Under the pieces are notes generated by a model. That model ran no database searches, had not been told where the DNA came from, and saw only the letters and a list, made by a program, of their open reading frames with translations. DNA of 64,000 nucleotides from Ptychomitrium polyphyllum (Eukaryota), in NCBI GenBank assembly GCA_973851085.1, contig OZ316775.1, forward strand, positions 17,298,001 to 17,362,000, given 5' to 3'. The first letter of the stretch is position 1. Each line of letters begins with the position of its first letter. Position numbers and translations under genes: made by a program. Positions 12,213 to 25,761 of the stretch are shown piece by piece.

Positions 12213-14183
12213 AAACATTTTCTTGCTTTTAAACCATAGATTCAAGCTTTAAATTCTAAAAGTATCAAAATGGCATAAATTTGATCTATCTTCTTTAAAT
12301 CTTTGGAATTCCAAAAAGCTAAGTATCCATGGATTTTGTAATAATAGTGTATGAATAAAAGTATCAAATTTTAAAGGTAATTGTAGAATAGTTAAATAAT
12401 TGGAGCTATATTTTGGAATATGAGTTTATATAAATAGCAAGTGATTGGCTAATATTTTCATATTTTATAATTGCTTTAAAGTACAACATTTGAATGCCCA
12501 TAGTATGCTTGCTTCTTAAAAGCCTAAACCTTTGAAACCTCCAACAAAGCAACTCTTTTGAAATGGAAGTTTTTTACAAAAAAATCCTTTCAAAATCAAA
12601 ATCTATATAAAAAAAAATTAATTCAATCAACATTGGAAATATCGGAACAAACACTCATATTGTGTACTTGGCCTTTAATCAAGTCAAAAGATTTTATGAA
12701 TTTTTTTAAAATTTAGCATGAAGCTATAAATGTCAAAGAATATAAATTTTAGATTAAAAAGATGGGCAATGAATTTGCAAACTTGCTTTACATGCAAAGA
12801 AATTTTTAAGGTCTTATAAATAGAATTTGTAAAGAAAAAATCCAAAGGCTTAGTAAAAAGAGCAAGCTCCGTGCAATATGAAATGAGATCTATTGGAAGT
12901 TTATATCTAACGGTTTAGAGTACAACTTGATTTAGTTTTCAAAAAATTAAAAAATTAAAAGAGACTACAATTTTTTTCTTGCCAAACAATAATAAAATTG
13001 AGGTAAATTTGGAAAGTTTCATGTATAGTATTCTAAAATGAAATAATCTACAAATGACAAAATTAAGAATCACAAAGTTGTAGAAGTAATAAAGTCCATG
13101 TAAAAAATAATAATTCAAATTCATATTAGTGGGTGTACTCTATGCACCATTCAACTTTGGAAAGCTCTTGTGTAGTTTGACGTGTTCCAATTTATACACA
13201 TTAATTAATTTGGAAATAATAATGATTTCAAAATGCAATATTAATAACATGTATTTATTGTGAATGTGATGTCAAAACCACACAAATTAAATTGATGCAA
13301 GAATGGCAACAAAACTTTTAGAAATTAAAACTAAAACATTGTTAAAATGACATGAAAATGACATGGATAAAAATCACTTCAAAATCACTTCAAAATCACT
13401 AAAAATGTTGTTTTGACATTGTTTTAAGTCAAGCTGTATTGACGTCATTGACAAGTATAAATCTGAGTCCTTATGTTTTTTAACATAGGTCATTTTCATT
13501 TCGTTTTGATGTTAGATGACATCTAAGCAATGTAGAAAATGACACATATTCATTTAGAAGTTACACTCCATGTGAAAATGGAAAATGACACAAACGACAG
13601 TTTCTGATGCGTACATATGATGTTACAATCTCACCAAACTCTCATAGGGCAAGTTACTACAGTAACTTAATAGCTGCCTGCATACACCCATCTGCTATCA
13701 AGCCGCATCACAATTCACCTGTAAGGAACACTGCTTCTGTGGCAGTGAATCCAAAGCTTTTCACTTGTGTAGAATAAAAGGCCATAAAATATTCACCGAA
13801 TCACTTCAGCAAAGGACCAGGTTTTGAAAAAAAAAAAAACCACAAAATGAATACAATAAGACCTACTATTCTCTTTCTCACAACCCAGGAGACACCCTCA
13901 CCGACACTGTTGAGAGAATCCCCCGCTAAAATCCCATGTGACTTATTGTAGGCCAGATGAAAATTCCACAACGTAGACTCAGGCGCCGCACCTGAGCCCT
14001 CCAAGGAGCCCAGAAGGGATCGCCTCCAGAGCGGTGGCGGAACTGGATGAAACGAACGAGGAGAAACGCGATGGGGATGAAAGAGTGGGGTTTCATCCGG
14101 GGTTGCTGGTAGAGAAGGTCGACACGAAGGCTGGCTGGAGGCTGAAGGCTGAGGCTGGGGCTGAAGCTGAGGCTGAGGCGCAG

Positions 14184-14232
14184 GAAGCACGAAGCACGAA
14201 GCACGAAGCACGAAGCACGAAGCACGAAGCAC
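14184..14232. repeat. (GAAGCAC)7 perfect heptamer repeat
   Basis: Directly visible; flanked by gctgag-type repeats and by CT/GA microsatellites at ~14270-14550. Confidence 0.95.
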
Positions 14233-15729
14233 AAAGCCCCTGCGGCAACCATCACGACCACCCTGCCCTGCCCTGCCCTGCAGTCACACAATATAATCTT
14301 CGCCCTCTCCTCCCCCTCCTTCCACCGTCGCTCTCGCTCTTATTTGCGCCGCTTCCGTTTCCTCTTTCCCCAGGCGCCCTCCTTCTCTGTTCTGTTCTGT
14401 TCTGTTCTACGCAAGGTCCCCTCTTTCTCTGGACCTTCACGGAGAGTTTCCTCCGAAACAGAGCCACCGAGTGCGAGAGCGAGAGACAGACAGCGACAGA
14501 GAGAGCCAGACAGAGACAGAGTGAGACATAGACAGACAGAGAGAGAGCGAAAGAGTTTAGTGGTGGAATGTGAGCTATGAGCTAAGAGATTTTACCTGGG
14601 GGCTTTGCTCGGCTGCTGGCGTTGGCTGCAGGTGGGTTGATGCTCATTTCGGTGGATTGTATTTGAGGAAAAGTGAGAGTTTTGGATAGTTTCTTGGTTG
14701 GTGATGGTTATTGGTGGTCAATGGTAGATTGCAGTGAACTTGGTGGGAGAGGTTGTAGTTTGAGGTGGATGAGGAGTGGAGTGGTGGTGTTGTACTGTAT
14801 TTACTACGGGAGTTTATGTTCTTGAGTGTTGTAGATTGTTGAAGGTGTGGCCGGGTCAGACTGTAGCTGGTGGAGTATTATGGTTAGTCTGCTGGTTTAG
14901 GTGATTTTTTTTGGTAGGGTCTGTTTTTTTGCGAGTTGGCCGATTTTTGGATATTTGAGCAAATTGGAATGACAGTTGGTGGATAGGGAGCGACGCCTTT
15001 GTGTGGGGTTGGTGTTTGTCGACGTAATTCTCTTCTTGTTCGGGGGATTGGAATGGGACATGTGGATTGCTCGCGAAGTTCCTCTGGTCGGCAGTCTGGA
15101 AGAATTCCCTGTTAGAAGTGCACGTTCGGTATATTTAAGCTCTTCTAGGAATGAAATGGGTGTTGCTTTTAAGTCAAATTTACTGTTTCATTGAAATTCT
15201 AGTCTTTGTTGTTATGGTCCATGACTATTTGACCTCTTGCTATCACTGCTTCAAAGTTTGAGTGAGTGTCAATTCCGATGTTTTTCCTCTAGATAAGCGA
15301 CTCTCTGTACGTCTCACCCATTCCTTTTTCTTTTGTAAGAGGGGAGCCGGGAAATAAGGTTTTGCTTATTGACGTTTACTTCAGCTTTTTATTTTCAGTT
15401 GTGGATTTTTCGGATAGAACAATGCTACACAATTATAATGAAACACTACTTTTCCTTCGACAATCACGCAAGTCGAGCAATACGTTCTCCATTATTTTTG
15501 TCTTAGATTATATCGTCGTGTTTGGAAATTTTCACGGCTGCGGCGCAGTGTCACACCATTTTCTGACTATTATTCACTTTGGTTGCAGGTTATTGCTGTT
15601 CGTGACATAGCAGGATGGATTAAGGGTTGTTAAATTGAATAAAATCAAACTGTTGGTCGTCGATATATACTCCTAAGACGCAAGCTGAGCATTAAGGTTT
15701 TGTTTATGACATCTGATCTGAAAGGGCAC

Positions 15730-17555
15730 ATGCTTGGACCTGTGTGTTGCCGCTTGTCAGCAATCGGCAAGTTCTCTTCCATTCGATCGGCAGTGAATTT
15801 TGAGGGACCTTCAGTGCACATCTCGAAAGCCCATCTACAACAGTCAGCAAAAGTGGCGCTCCCTCCGCTCTATCCTTCTAGCCCCCGTGCCCACAGTTTC
15901 AAACTAGCGACACGGGCGCCAGCTACTGCATCTTTGCTGAGGACATTTCGGAGGTCGGGGACAGGTAGCAAACCACGCCAAGATGTATCTTTACCACCAA
16001 ACCAAGAGACGCGCAGTCACATGTTGCCCTGCACTAGTATGACAAGTTTTCACAATCATTCAAGCTCTTGCATATTAGCAGCTGATGGGAAGGTCGGAGC
16101 AACTATTTGGCATGCGCTCCTCCCTGCTGGACACCTCGCACCCTTAGAATGGGATGCTAACCTTTCATCAATACGATCATTATCTGTTGACCGAGGTGGT
16201 ATTGATCCTGTTGCAAGCATGATGATCGAAAGTGCAGATTCTACCTCGGTAAGTGTTCTGCCAGGCACTTAACCACAATCGTATTGTTTTTGATTAATCT
16301 TGACCTTCCTTACGGGACAGTACGCCAAGAAACGGTTGATTTGACATATGATCCAAATGGTTAGACCAGGATTTGTCGGAATGCATTTGTTGGATCCTTG
16401 TTATGGACGTAGGTTTGCGTGTGTTCTTACTGTTGCCTTTGTGATTCCCAGGTTAAGAATTCCTCCAAGTCCCTAGGAACATTGAGGCCAGGTACACTGT
16501 CAGTGGATAATGTTGGCCTTCCAAGGTTGGGCAGCTTGAGTATTAGGTCTGCTATGGCTGGGTGTTTGAGTGAAGGCTCATGGAATGCAGCCTGGGATGC
16601 TCGACCGGCTCGTTGGTTACATGGTCGTCATTCAGCTTGGCTTCTCTTCGGCGTGTGCGCTTGTTTCTCAGCAGCTGCCGCACCATTGATGAGTGCTGCA
16701 TCATCTCCTGTTCGTACAGATGTTGTAGAAAATTTGCCTCCACCAACTACCATTTCAGAACCTGAGAAAGAATCTTTAGAGTCCATTTTTGTAACTCAAA
16801 CAGAACACTCTGGACATGGGAAGGAAATCTTTACTGACTACACTGTCACCGGTAGGATTTCGTGGCTCTGCCATTTAGTTCCAGTTCAGTTTAGGTCCTT
16901 CTCATTATGTGTTTATATTTGAAGTTTGATTTCATATGTTCATCTCCTGCTTTAATTGCTCGTGATTGTGTGCTGCTATTTGCGATGACAGGGATTCCTG
17001 GAGATGGACGATGTTTATTTCGTGCTGTGGCACATGGCTCATGTTTGCGCAGCGGGAAGGAGGCTCCAGATGAGACTGCTCAGCGGGAGCTTGCTGATGA
17101 ATTGCGCAGCAAAGTTGCTGATGAGCTGATCAAGCGAAGAGATTCTACGGAGTGGTTTATCGAGGGAGATTTTGACCTATATGTTCAGCGAATGCGCCAG
17201 ACATATGTGTGGGGTGGTGAACCAGAGCTTCTCATGCTCTCCCATGTTCTTGAGTAAGTTTTAAATTCTGGTGAATTGTATCTTTTGTACATATTTTCTT
17301 CCACGTGATAGTTTTTTATTTTTTATTTTTTTCCATCCCTGTGTAGGAACTGACATTGAGGTTACTTATCTGGTTAACTGCAGAATGCCTATCACAGTTT
17401 ACATGACTGAAGAAAAAACTAAGAGCGGTTTGATTTCCATAGCTGAATATGGTCAAGGGTACAGCAAGATTGACCCAATTCAGGTCCTTTATCATGGATT
17501 TGGTCATTACGAGGCACTGCAGATTCCGAGTATCAAGGTTAACTCGAAGTTGTAG
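15730..17555 (+). CDS. OTU-domain deubiquitinase (At3g57810/OTU4-like); exons 15730-16248, 16452-16851, 16992-17253, 17384-17555
   Basis: GIPGDGRCLFRAVAHG catalytic Cys box, WGGEPEL, LYHGFGHYEAL His box, conserved EGSWNAAWDARPARWLH motif; GT-AG introns keep the frame; alternative ATG at 15706. Confidence 0.93.
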
Positions 17556-19192
17556 ACGTAAAATTTTAGGTAGGTAGTCAATTATGGCATTACTTGTAAT
17601 GCAAAGAGAATTGGAGCTGAAATGCATAGTTTATTTGGGACGGAGTTTTTTATCGGCGAGATCATTTGATTTGATTATATTGAAGAGGCCCTACCTGGGT
17701 ATTATAGTCATTCTTTCATTCATAATAAAAATGTGGGCTTTTGACATGCTCAAAGCCAATACACGAGCGTATTTTGTATTGAAAGTATTGGAAAATTCTT
17801 ATGTCATGATATCTGTGAGGGTCAATTTTCGGTACTATGCTGTATTCGGAAGTTTGGGTTACTATATCATGGCTTCTCATTGGTAAAAGGAAGAATTTGC
17901 TTCAAAGTTGTTTGCACCATATTGTCGGAGGTTGGGTCATTTACCCCAGAGCGCCACTTGGCGTTCATGCACGTGAACCTTCAGAGTATCTCCTACTTTT
18001 TCAAATTTATGCTGCGTTGGTTGCCGTCTTAGTATGTTGTACATGAGTGCCTGATGTGTGGGAAATGTTTTACTGCAGAGTGATGCCGAGTGTATTCCGT
18101 CACGTTCATCTCTAGTCTGTCAAATGCTTGCTTATCTGGAAAGTGATCGATCTGATGGCTTGTACTGCAGTCACGTTAAAAATAAATTGATGATCCTGTT
18201 TTGTGTGGTGACAACAGTGCAGAATGGACACCACGTTTGTAAGGTTCCTTTGAAGAGTGGTTCATGTGATTCGAACGGCGAGCGAGAGCCATTTACATCG
18301 CCGTAACCAAATTCTTCAAGTTGAACACCTCAGGTGCCCTGAACACACATGAATGACAGTACATCCAGTTCAAGGATCCTAGAACTGGCCCTGCCCGAGA
18401 AATAACTTCTCATTATGGTTTTTTCATTTACGATACCTTTAAAATGGGAAAGATGCAGGAAAATCTTCGTTTCTACAACATGATCTTACCTTATTGTTAT
18501 CATCTAAAGCATTCCGAAGTAAGGGAAAAACTGGTAAAGCCCTTAAATTGGTAGAAAGTGGACGACCACTTCGGTTACTTTTGTAAAATATACTGTTGAA
18601 ATCAGAGATGACCAACTAGCAATTGCTCGGGAATGGAGAACAGCCTACGAGTTTCTAAGGGTCACGTGGAGATTGACGTATTCACGGAGTAGATGGATGG
18701 AACCTTTTCCCCATCACCGAAGTAATGTTCTAGCTCTGCATGCAGCCTTGAGCATAAAAGTGCTTTAACTGGAAATGTTCAACTTGTGATAATTTCACGT
18801 AAGGTACAGCAACCTTAAACCAGTATCTGTAGCTTTTTTTCCTTACACGTGGAGTGGTAGTATACGTACAGTGAACTTTTTCTTAGGTGGAGGACTCGAA
18901 ATATTCCAAAACAGACCAAACACAAGGAGTTATTGGCTAATAGTAAATTCGAAGAAATTATTTAAATTGTAATCTATAGGTTGGTTCCTAGGGCGTTCCT
19001 GGTTTTTAGTCGTTCTTCCTTGTAACACATTGTTTTACAAAGGTGCAAGTCTCTGCACCCTATTAATTCCATAATCACTACTGTCAGCTGAAGAAAGTAC
19101 CTGTCAACACAGGACTCTACAGCTTCTAGTGTATGAACCTTCCTGTGTATGTGTACTGATGTCTGCTTGACTGCAGTATTTCTTTGACAGAA

Positions 19193-21428
19193 CTACAAGT
19201 TTGCGAACAACTTATAGGAGCTGGCATCTTCAGCCACTTGACGGATAGAGGCAATGCATCCCAGCAACCCAACGAGGCTGAACACAATGATAATGGTCCA
19301 GTGGAGCCAGTACTTGAACGTTCGAGGAGAGGGGTTGAATGTAGCGGCATACAAGATGAAAGGCAGGATGAAGTCTAAGGGAGTGAACCCAAAGGCTCCA
19401 ATGACGGCGTTGATGTCACCGAAGAAGGGAATCGTTGCTGAAACAAGGGTAGCCAAGGCAATGAATCCAGTACGGAGGAAGAAGCGCGGGATTAGGTTTC
19501 GGGCTGCATATTTGCCTTTCTCTACATATGACGACCTGCCCTCGAAGATTTCGAATGTCGGCTGGGCATACACCTACAATATTTAACAACATGATAGATT
19601 TTTTTAGAGATAGTTTCTACTTTGGCTTGGGTTTGGCTTTTGCGAAACGAAAAAAAGTGATAGACTTGTTGTGGATGCTTACCAGAGCAACTGCTAAAAG
19701 CTGTGCAAGCACGAGAATGTTACACAACACGTTGAGCCATTTGGGATTATACGCTTCCAGGTTTGCCAAGATGTTTCCTTGTGCTTCGTTTCCAAATGCC
19801 CAGTATCCAGCAATAGCTACAGTGAAGAATGTTGACATCACGACTGTGTAGCAGATGAGCAGTCCCTTGAACATCTTTCCTGTCACTGGTGGAGCTAAGG
19901 TTGCCTGAATCCATAGCAGACTCATTACTTAGCGATATGCATTTATTCAGAATCTTTCTGTCGCCTATTTAATTTAAAAATGAAACCTCCGGAATACCTC
20001 AAAGAGAAGAGACAAGTTCTGGCAAACAGTCTAGAAATCCGACAGTGATTGCTCAAATTGCGAGATTACATACCTGAATCTCGGGAATGATGCCATTGCC
20101 ATAGGTCGTGGCAATGATCACCAGAGAATTGAACACTCCAAAGACCTTGTCACTAGGAGGTCCGACTATAGCGTAGTCCTTCGCTGGTGCGCCACTTCTT
20201 AAATGGCCTATCAATTCAGTCAAAACCAATGGCCGATGGGTCATGCATTGGAGGATGGTAAAGCACAATCAACGTAGAACCTCAGAAGTTATCTATTACG
20301 TTAAGTCTTCTCTCATCTTCGGCCCTAAATATATATTTAACTATGCATAGAGCCCTCTGCATCATCGCGATGAAACTGACTTGATAAGTTTCACAAAAGA
20401 ATTTCTCAAAATGCTCGTCAATGCTCGTCTGTCTAAACGCTCAAATATCTCTAGAAGCTTACAACTCCCTGCAGTGTATATGTGTATTCCTCAAATATAA
20501 TTTGTTTCGACATGCAAGGGATCCAGGGATAGCCCACCTGCATAGATGCACCCTCCAACAGTGCAGAGACAGTACCCCAAGCTGCACAGCAGAGACGCCA
20601 GGTTGATGTAGCGCAACGAGTGGAAGGAAGGCAACTGCGAGAGCACCATCATTACCATCCCAAAGATGATTATGAACTCAAACAGCTGCATCGTGCCATC
20701 AGGACGATATACCCTGTAAATCAACTGCACATTCACCAAAACATTTCATCATTACACATAGTAAGTGGTTTCACATCTTTCCACAAAATTCTGTGAACCC
20801 AGTTCAAAATCTTTACAATCTATTATTTCGTATTGAAAAGAATAGGTGAGGTCACGCACCTTCATGCTCTGGCCGCCGAGAACGGTGCAGCCGATGACAG
20901 TGCCCATACACAGCGCAATTTGAAGTACAGCAACAGGGTAGTATCCCCACTTGCGACCTACACACATCGAGATTCATCAATCACAAGTCTACAATGAGGA
21001 TTGTTGTACTCTACTTGAAATTTTCAGAATGTTTGGAAAAATTTGTGGTTTCTGATTCTTTTGAGGATGGTTTTCTTACCGAGGGCGTATCCTCCCAAAT
21101 CTCTGAAACGGAGGAGCCGATGGCCCTCAAGCTCTGCCTGCTCGAGCACTTTTGAGACGTTCACGTAGGCGTAGAACGAGATGGCAGCGCCGATAATGAG
21201 CGCCAGGATGCCGGGCGCCCAGCCCAAGCCCGTCATGGCATAAGGCAGGCTGAGAAGCGCGGGGGCGACGATGGACGTGCTGAGGTGAAACCCCGCGTGC
21301 TTCCAGGTTCCTTTGGACTCGAGCACAAACAACGCACCCCCATTCTTGTTACCATGCACGACATGGTCGTGTCCCGCTGCTACTTTGTCTCCATAGTTCG
21401 TCGCCGTGCCCGCATCGCCCCCTTTCAT
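19193..21428 (-). CDS. GAT-type GABA/amino-acid transporter (AAAP family), multi-exon
   Basis: [101 protein letters not shown] introns. Confidence 0.93.
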
Positions 21429-24145
21429 TCCAACGACAGCGCCTTCCTGCTAACCCCAGTCAGAAACTATTTCTCCTGTTTCAGGTCACAAACCTCGGAA
21501 CAGTCCGACGGACCTCCATCTGGTCAGAACTCAACCCCACCATAATTCACGATCCTGAAACTTTTTCTTTGCAGCTCTCTTATAATCTTGGGTTACAGTT
21601 TTGACACGATGATACTCCTCTTTCTCTGAAGTCCAGTTTCTGAAGCTGAAAACCCACCAAATGATGCACAATGTACCAATTGGAAGGAGATACCAAGAAA
21701 TCTAGTTGCAAGTTCCCTAAGAGATCGGCCGTGAATGGTAATACTAGTTCCGACAACCTACAACATTTCCCTCTGTCCCGATCAAGCGCGAGAATATTGT
21801 GATGACCGCCTGTTGATATGAAAATTAACCGATGAAGAGAAGCTTACCTTGATCAAACATGCATCATTGTGCTACTCTCGATCCATCCTTTCACGTTACT
21901 TCTGGCACCGTACCAAGAGCCGTTACCACGAGCTTCCCCTGTCGCTGCAATTGCCTGTGCAGTGTGCAGATTAATCCCAGCTGTATGTTGTACTCGCTGC
22001 CTAGTAATTACAATACAAGAGAGTGTAACCCTCCACAAAAAAATGTCACTCTGATTTCTGGGTTAGTATGCAGCGAGGTAGCACGTTGATCATCCAAGGT
22101 AAGCTGTGTCGATGCACACTCAGAAAGAAAGTACCTTTTACCATGAACGGCGCTTTATTTCTGTTGTCCGAAGTTGCGACCAGACTTCGCCCTTTCCTGT
22201 GTGAACACTAGTGGGGCAGTGCTCCTACACTGCTTGAGATTCAGACTAGTGTGCAGGAATCTCGTGACTAGAGAGAACACGCAACTCCACGCAACGACTA
22301 GTTGGACCAGAATATATCAAACCACGTGTTTTCCGTAGTACGTCAGTGGCTCCCAGGAGCTTGGAGACGTTAGTGTTTTCCGAGGATTTTTCATGTTCAC
22401 CAGTCTTTGCGGGTTCAAGGTGATCAGTGTTTGCGCGGAAACAAGTATGATGTTGCTTGCTGCTGAATGCACAGCTGCAGTGGTTCCAAAGACGTGGCAA
22501 GGTCCTCCCTCTTCGAAAACTCTATCATTGATTAATAGATTCTTCATTTCAATGTGACCACTCCGATTGACTCGCATGGCTCCAGCACATCATCACCGCA
22601 TCTCCTCAGAGTGGATCTTAATGTACATTAAAGTACTCGTGGCAACCTCAGTTTGATATCATATTCTCCATCAAATAAGATCCAGTATTACCTGCATAAG
22701 TCTAACTTGTTACAAGGTATTGATTCACAGCTGCTGCTGTGATAATTCTTAAGAGCTACCAGTCCGAATGATGTTGAGTGTTACAATTGGGAGCGGGCTG
22801 AGCAATTCTGGGTGTGGAAAGTAGCCTCACATCTCAAAGTATACTGTTTAAATCATGGCTCTTCCTGGCTCTTCAGAAACCGAAAGTTGCGTTTGTACTT
22901 GCTCGGCTTGCTGCTTGCCAACGTGTTGTGCGGGTGAATTTAAGAAAAAAATTGAACAATAATAAAAGGGAAAAGTATGTACTGTACACTCCTGGTGGGC
23001 AAGGTAGACAGCTGAAACGTGTCCACACTGCTGCCGTGTTCATTTCCATGACTAAAGAGTTACAGAGGGCTTTATAGAATCTTCTGTGACCTCATAGAAA
23101 TCCTCAGAATACTATGAAAGCGGAAAGAAGAGGAGAAGAATTAGCACATTCCTTTCATTAAAGAGATTCCTCACCTTCAACAAAGCATTAGAAATGATCC
23201 AACAGACACTTCCCCACGCTTTCCTGCGCAGCTTGCGATGTAGAGAAATACGAAATTATTCAAATTAGCTGCACTGGAGGTTTCATAGCATTTGCCAAAC
23301 ACATTGACGAAAATGATAAAAATCAATTGAGTTGGACAGTCAAATGAAAAAGTAGCACGGAGAAGACGTTAATACGTCAATATAATACTTTTGATGGCTG
23401 AGGACTGGTACGTGAAGTAAAAACCTGACTATGCAGCATTCTCAAGACTTCAGCAACATTGCAGCTTCGGAATCATTCACGGGCCACGACAATGTGCGTG
23501 GATTCCAGGACCTTGCTAATTGTCAGTAAAAGTTGGTTCTAATAAGCAAAATGATTCTCCACTGTGAGCATGACCACAAGGCAGCTTCGTTACTCGTGCA
23601 CATTCCATGAACCACATTCTTGTAGTTTTTTCCTGAAAAGTCATTTTTATAATTTGAAGGCATGACCTCCATCATGGTGATAACTGATCACCGTTCCCAG
23701 CAGCTCCTCGTTTTTGATGTCAGTGCCCTACTTACCAGTCAGTCTAAGTGTTAGGACTACTATAACGCTCATGTTGCTGCCCTTTTGGAAATGGCTCTCC
23801 TCAAATCTCTCCTAGTATCTCCGAGCATCATACATTTTTGTAATGGTTTGAATTGAATTGGTCATCTAGACGATTGGAGAGGTCTCTTGATCTCTACACA
23901 GCAATTCACTTGCGTGAGTAACTATTTTCTGGAGATCGAACATGGTTGCCGTTCTTGTGTAAGCAAAGCGCAACCATCTGCTCATGAGCGAAGCTTCACT
24001 CCATCATAAGAATTGTTTAGTTCACAGCACTTGCTGGTTCTGAGGTGCCATGTCGACGGATGAGAGCACAGCAGGACCTCCTGCAGGGAGTCCACAACGA
24101 AGTCTACAATAGAGTATTGTACAAGCCCGGAGTCCACAGTAAAGT

Positions 24146-25761
24146 ATGGTTCAAGCGCATAGTCCAAAGCCAAGCATCGTGCAAACAAGCTCTCCCAACG
24201 TACCAACCAGCGCGCTACCTCCAGTAAAACTGAAATCCTCCTCGAAAGGCCTAGATTCTTCTACTCTTGTGCCACCGCTGAAGGATCGTAGTACCCTGTG
24301 TCATAACCCGGTGACTGCAAGGACGCCTAAGGATATGGTGGGCGCTCACACGGAGCGCTCCACGGGCATCACGTACCCTCACAACATGTGGGGGCCGTGC
24401 AACCCCGGGAAGCACGGCCAAGAGTTCCCTGCCATCCGTAGTCAAAAGTATCATTACCAGGTCGAGCATGTAAGCCTGGCTAGGTCCCCTTCACCAACGT
24501 CACAATATTCTTAGATCACTGGATTGAAGTACCAGTATCTGCTGAGATACAATCTTCGTGTGCAAATTTTAGCTCATTCATCTACAAACGTCATCACATG
24601 AGGCAAACAAATGAAGCTCAAGAATGCTGTAAAAATGTGCTGTAAAAATGTGCTCAAGTATGTTTCAGTGTCTGTAGAACTTGGCATTGCTAGAGTGCTG
24701 CAAAGTGTGTGACAACTTAACGTACCATGATGAGTTTTTCATTCGCCAGCTGTTGCACTCAGGAAAACTTAATGAAGGATAGGTTTGAGAAATGGGACTT
24801 TGCTCACATGAGGCATCACTGCTACCGCAAAAACTTGGTCGAGACAACCAGCGAGGAGTTGCTCTCCTGGCTGGACCCCAAGAGGAAGGAGTTTTGGCGG
24901 ACGGACGTGGAAAGAGTGTTGAAGCGCGATGAAGAGAAGCGGAGAGCTCGGCAGAAGGTAACAATTCCTACACAAACACGAGCTCCACTCTAGGCAGTCC
25001 ACAACGTCGTCCCTCCAGATCAACCTAAGCAATACTGTGAGGAAGAGTCATTCGAAGTTGATTTGAACACTATTGCACATCCGATTGATCCATTGTGCTG
25101 CAACTGAGGAGCTCCACGGAATCTGGACCAACGAAGAAGCATGGCGACGACACAATGCACAGAAGATGAGAGACATGAAGTACCAGGCGTACCTTGACCT
25201 AACCGAGAACATGTGGAAGGTCGGTTGCCGTAACAACTTAAGTGGGGCACCTCACGTCAACATCATCACTAGGGAACCGATCGGAGAACACAACATCAAA
25301 ATGGGGAAATTTCGAGATGATGTCACAGTGTACTGATCTCACCAACCTCTTTCTTCTGAAATACAAGAATCAGAACTCTTCCTTGACTCAATCTATCATG
25401 GAGAAACACAGCTGTGCTTCGTACTTATCGTATAATCTTCAAAGCTGGTTTCCTTTCTCTAAATAGGGAAACTAGACCATTGGGGTACAGGTATAAACGA
25501 GTGCAACGACAGCTTAATTTGAGAGAAAAGAATAGCGGAGCACGAAACTACAACATCTTGAACTGGACGGAAAACCAACCTGGTCCGGATCTGCCCCCAT
25601 GGCCGGAGAATCCACCTCGTCCACCTCCACCCCCTCCACCAGACACCAGGATGCCCCTAAACTCCTCGAAGGGTGCCATTTCGTTTGCTCGAGTCAATGG
25701 AGCCTTCGGCATTATCAACAGGGACCATTATGGCAACCACTCCACCAGCAGTACACTATAA
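24146..25761 (+). CDS. Uncharacterised spliced protein, candidate flagellar/axonemal protein; exons approx 24146-24469, 24763-24957, ~25019/25110-25329, 25467 or 25491-25761
   Basis: Successive ORF blocks joined by phase-compatible GT..AG sites (GAGCAT|gtaag, tcag|GAAAAC, CAGAAG|gtaac, GT|gtactg, tacag|GTAT); protein-like composition; start of exon 3 is uncertain. Confidence 0.6.

Noticed and set aside
14184..14232. Short repeat arrays (also LTR 30-mers and the 50062 17-mers) as possible CRISPR
   Set aside because: No unique spacers, no cas genes, eukaryotic context
13801..14580. Overlapping 70-165 aa ORFs on both strands
   Set aside because: Low-complexity translations of microsatellite-rich promoter/5'UTR DNA
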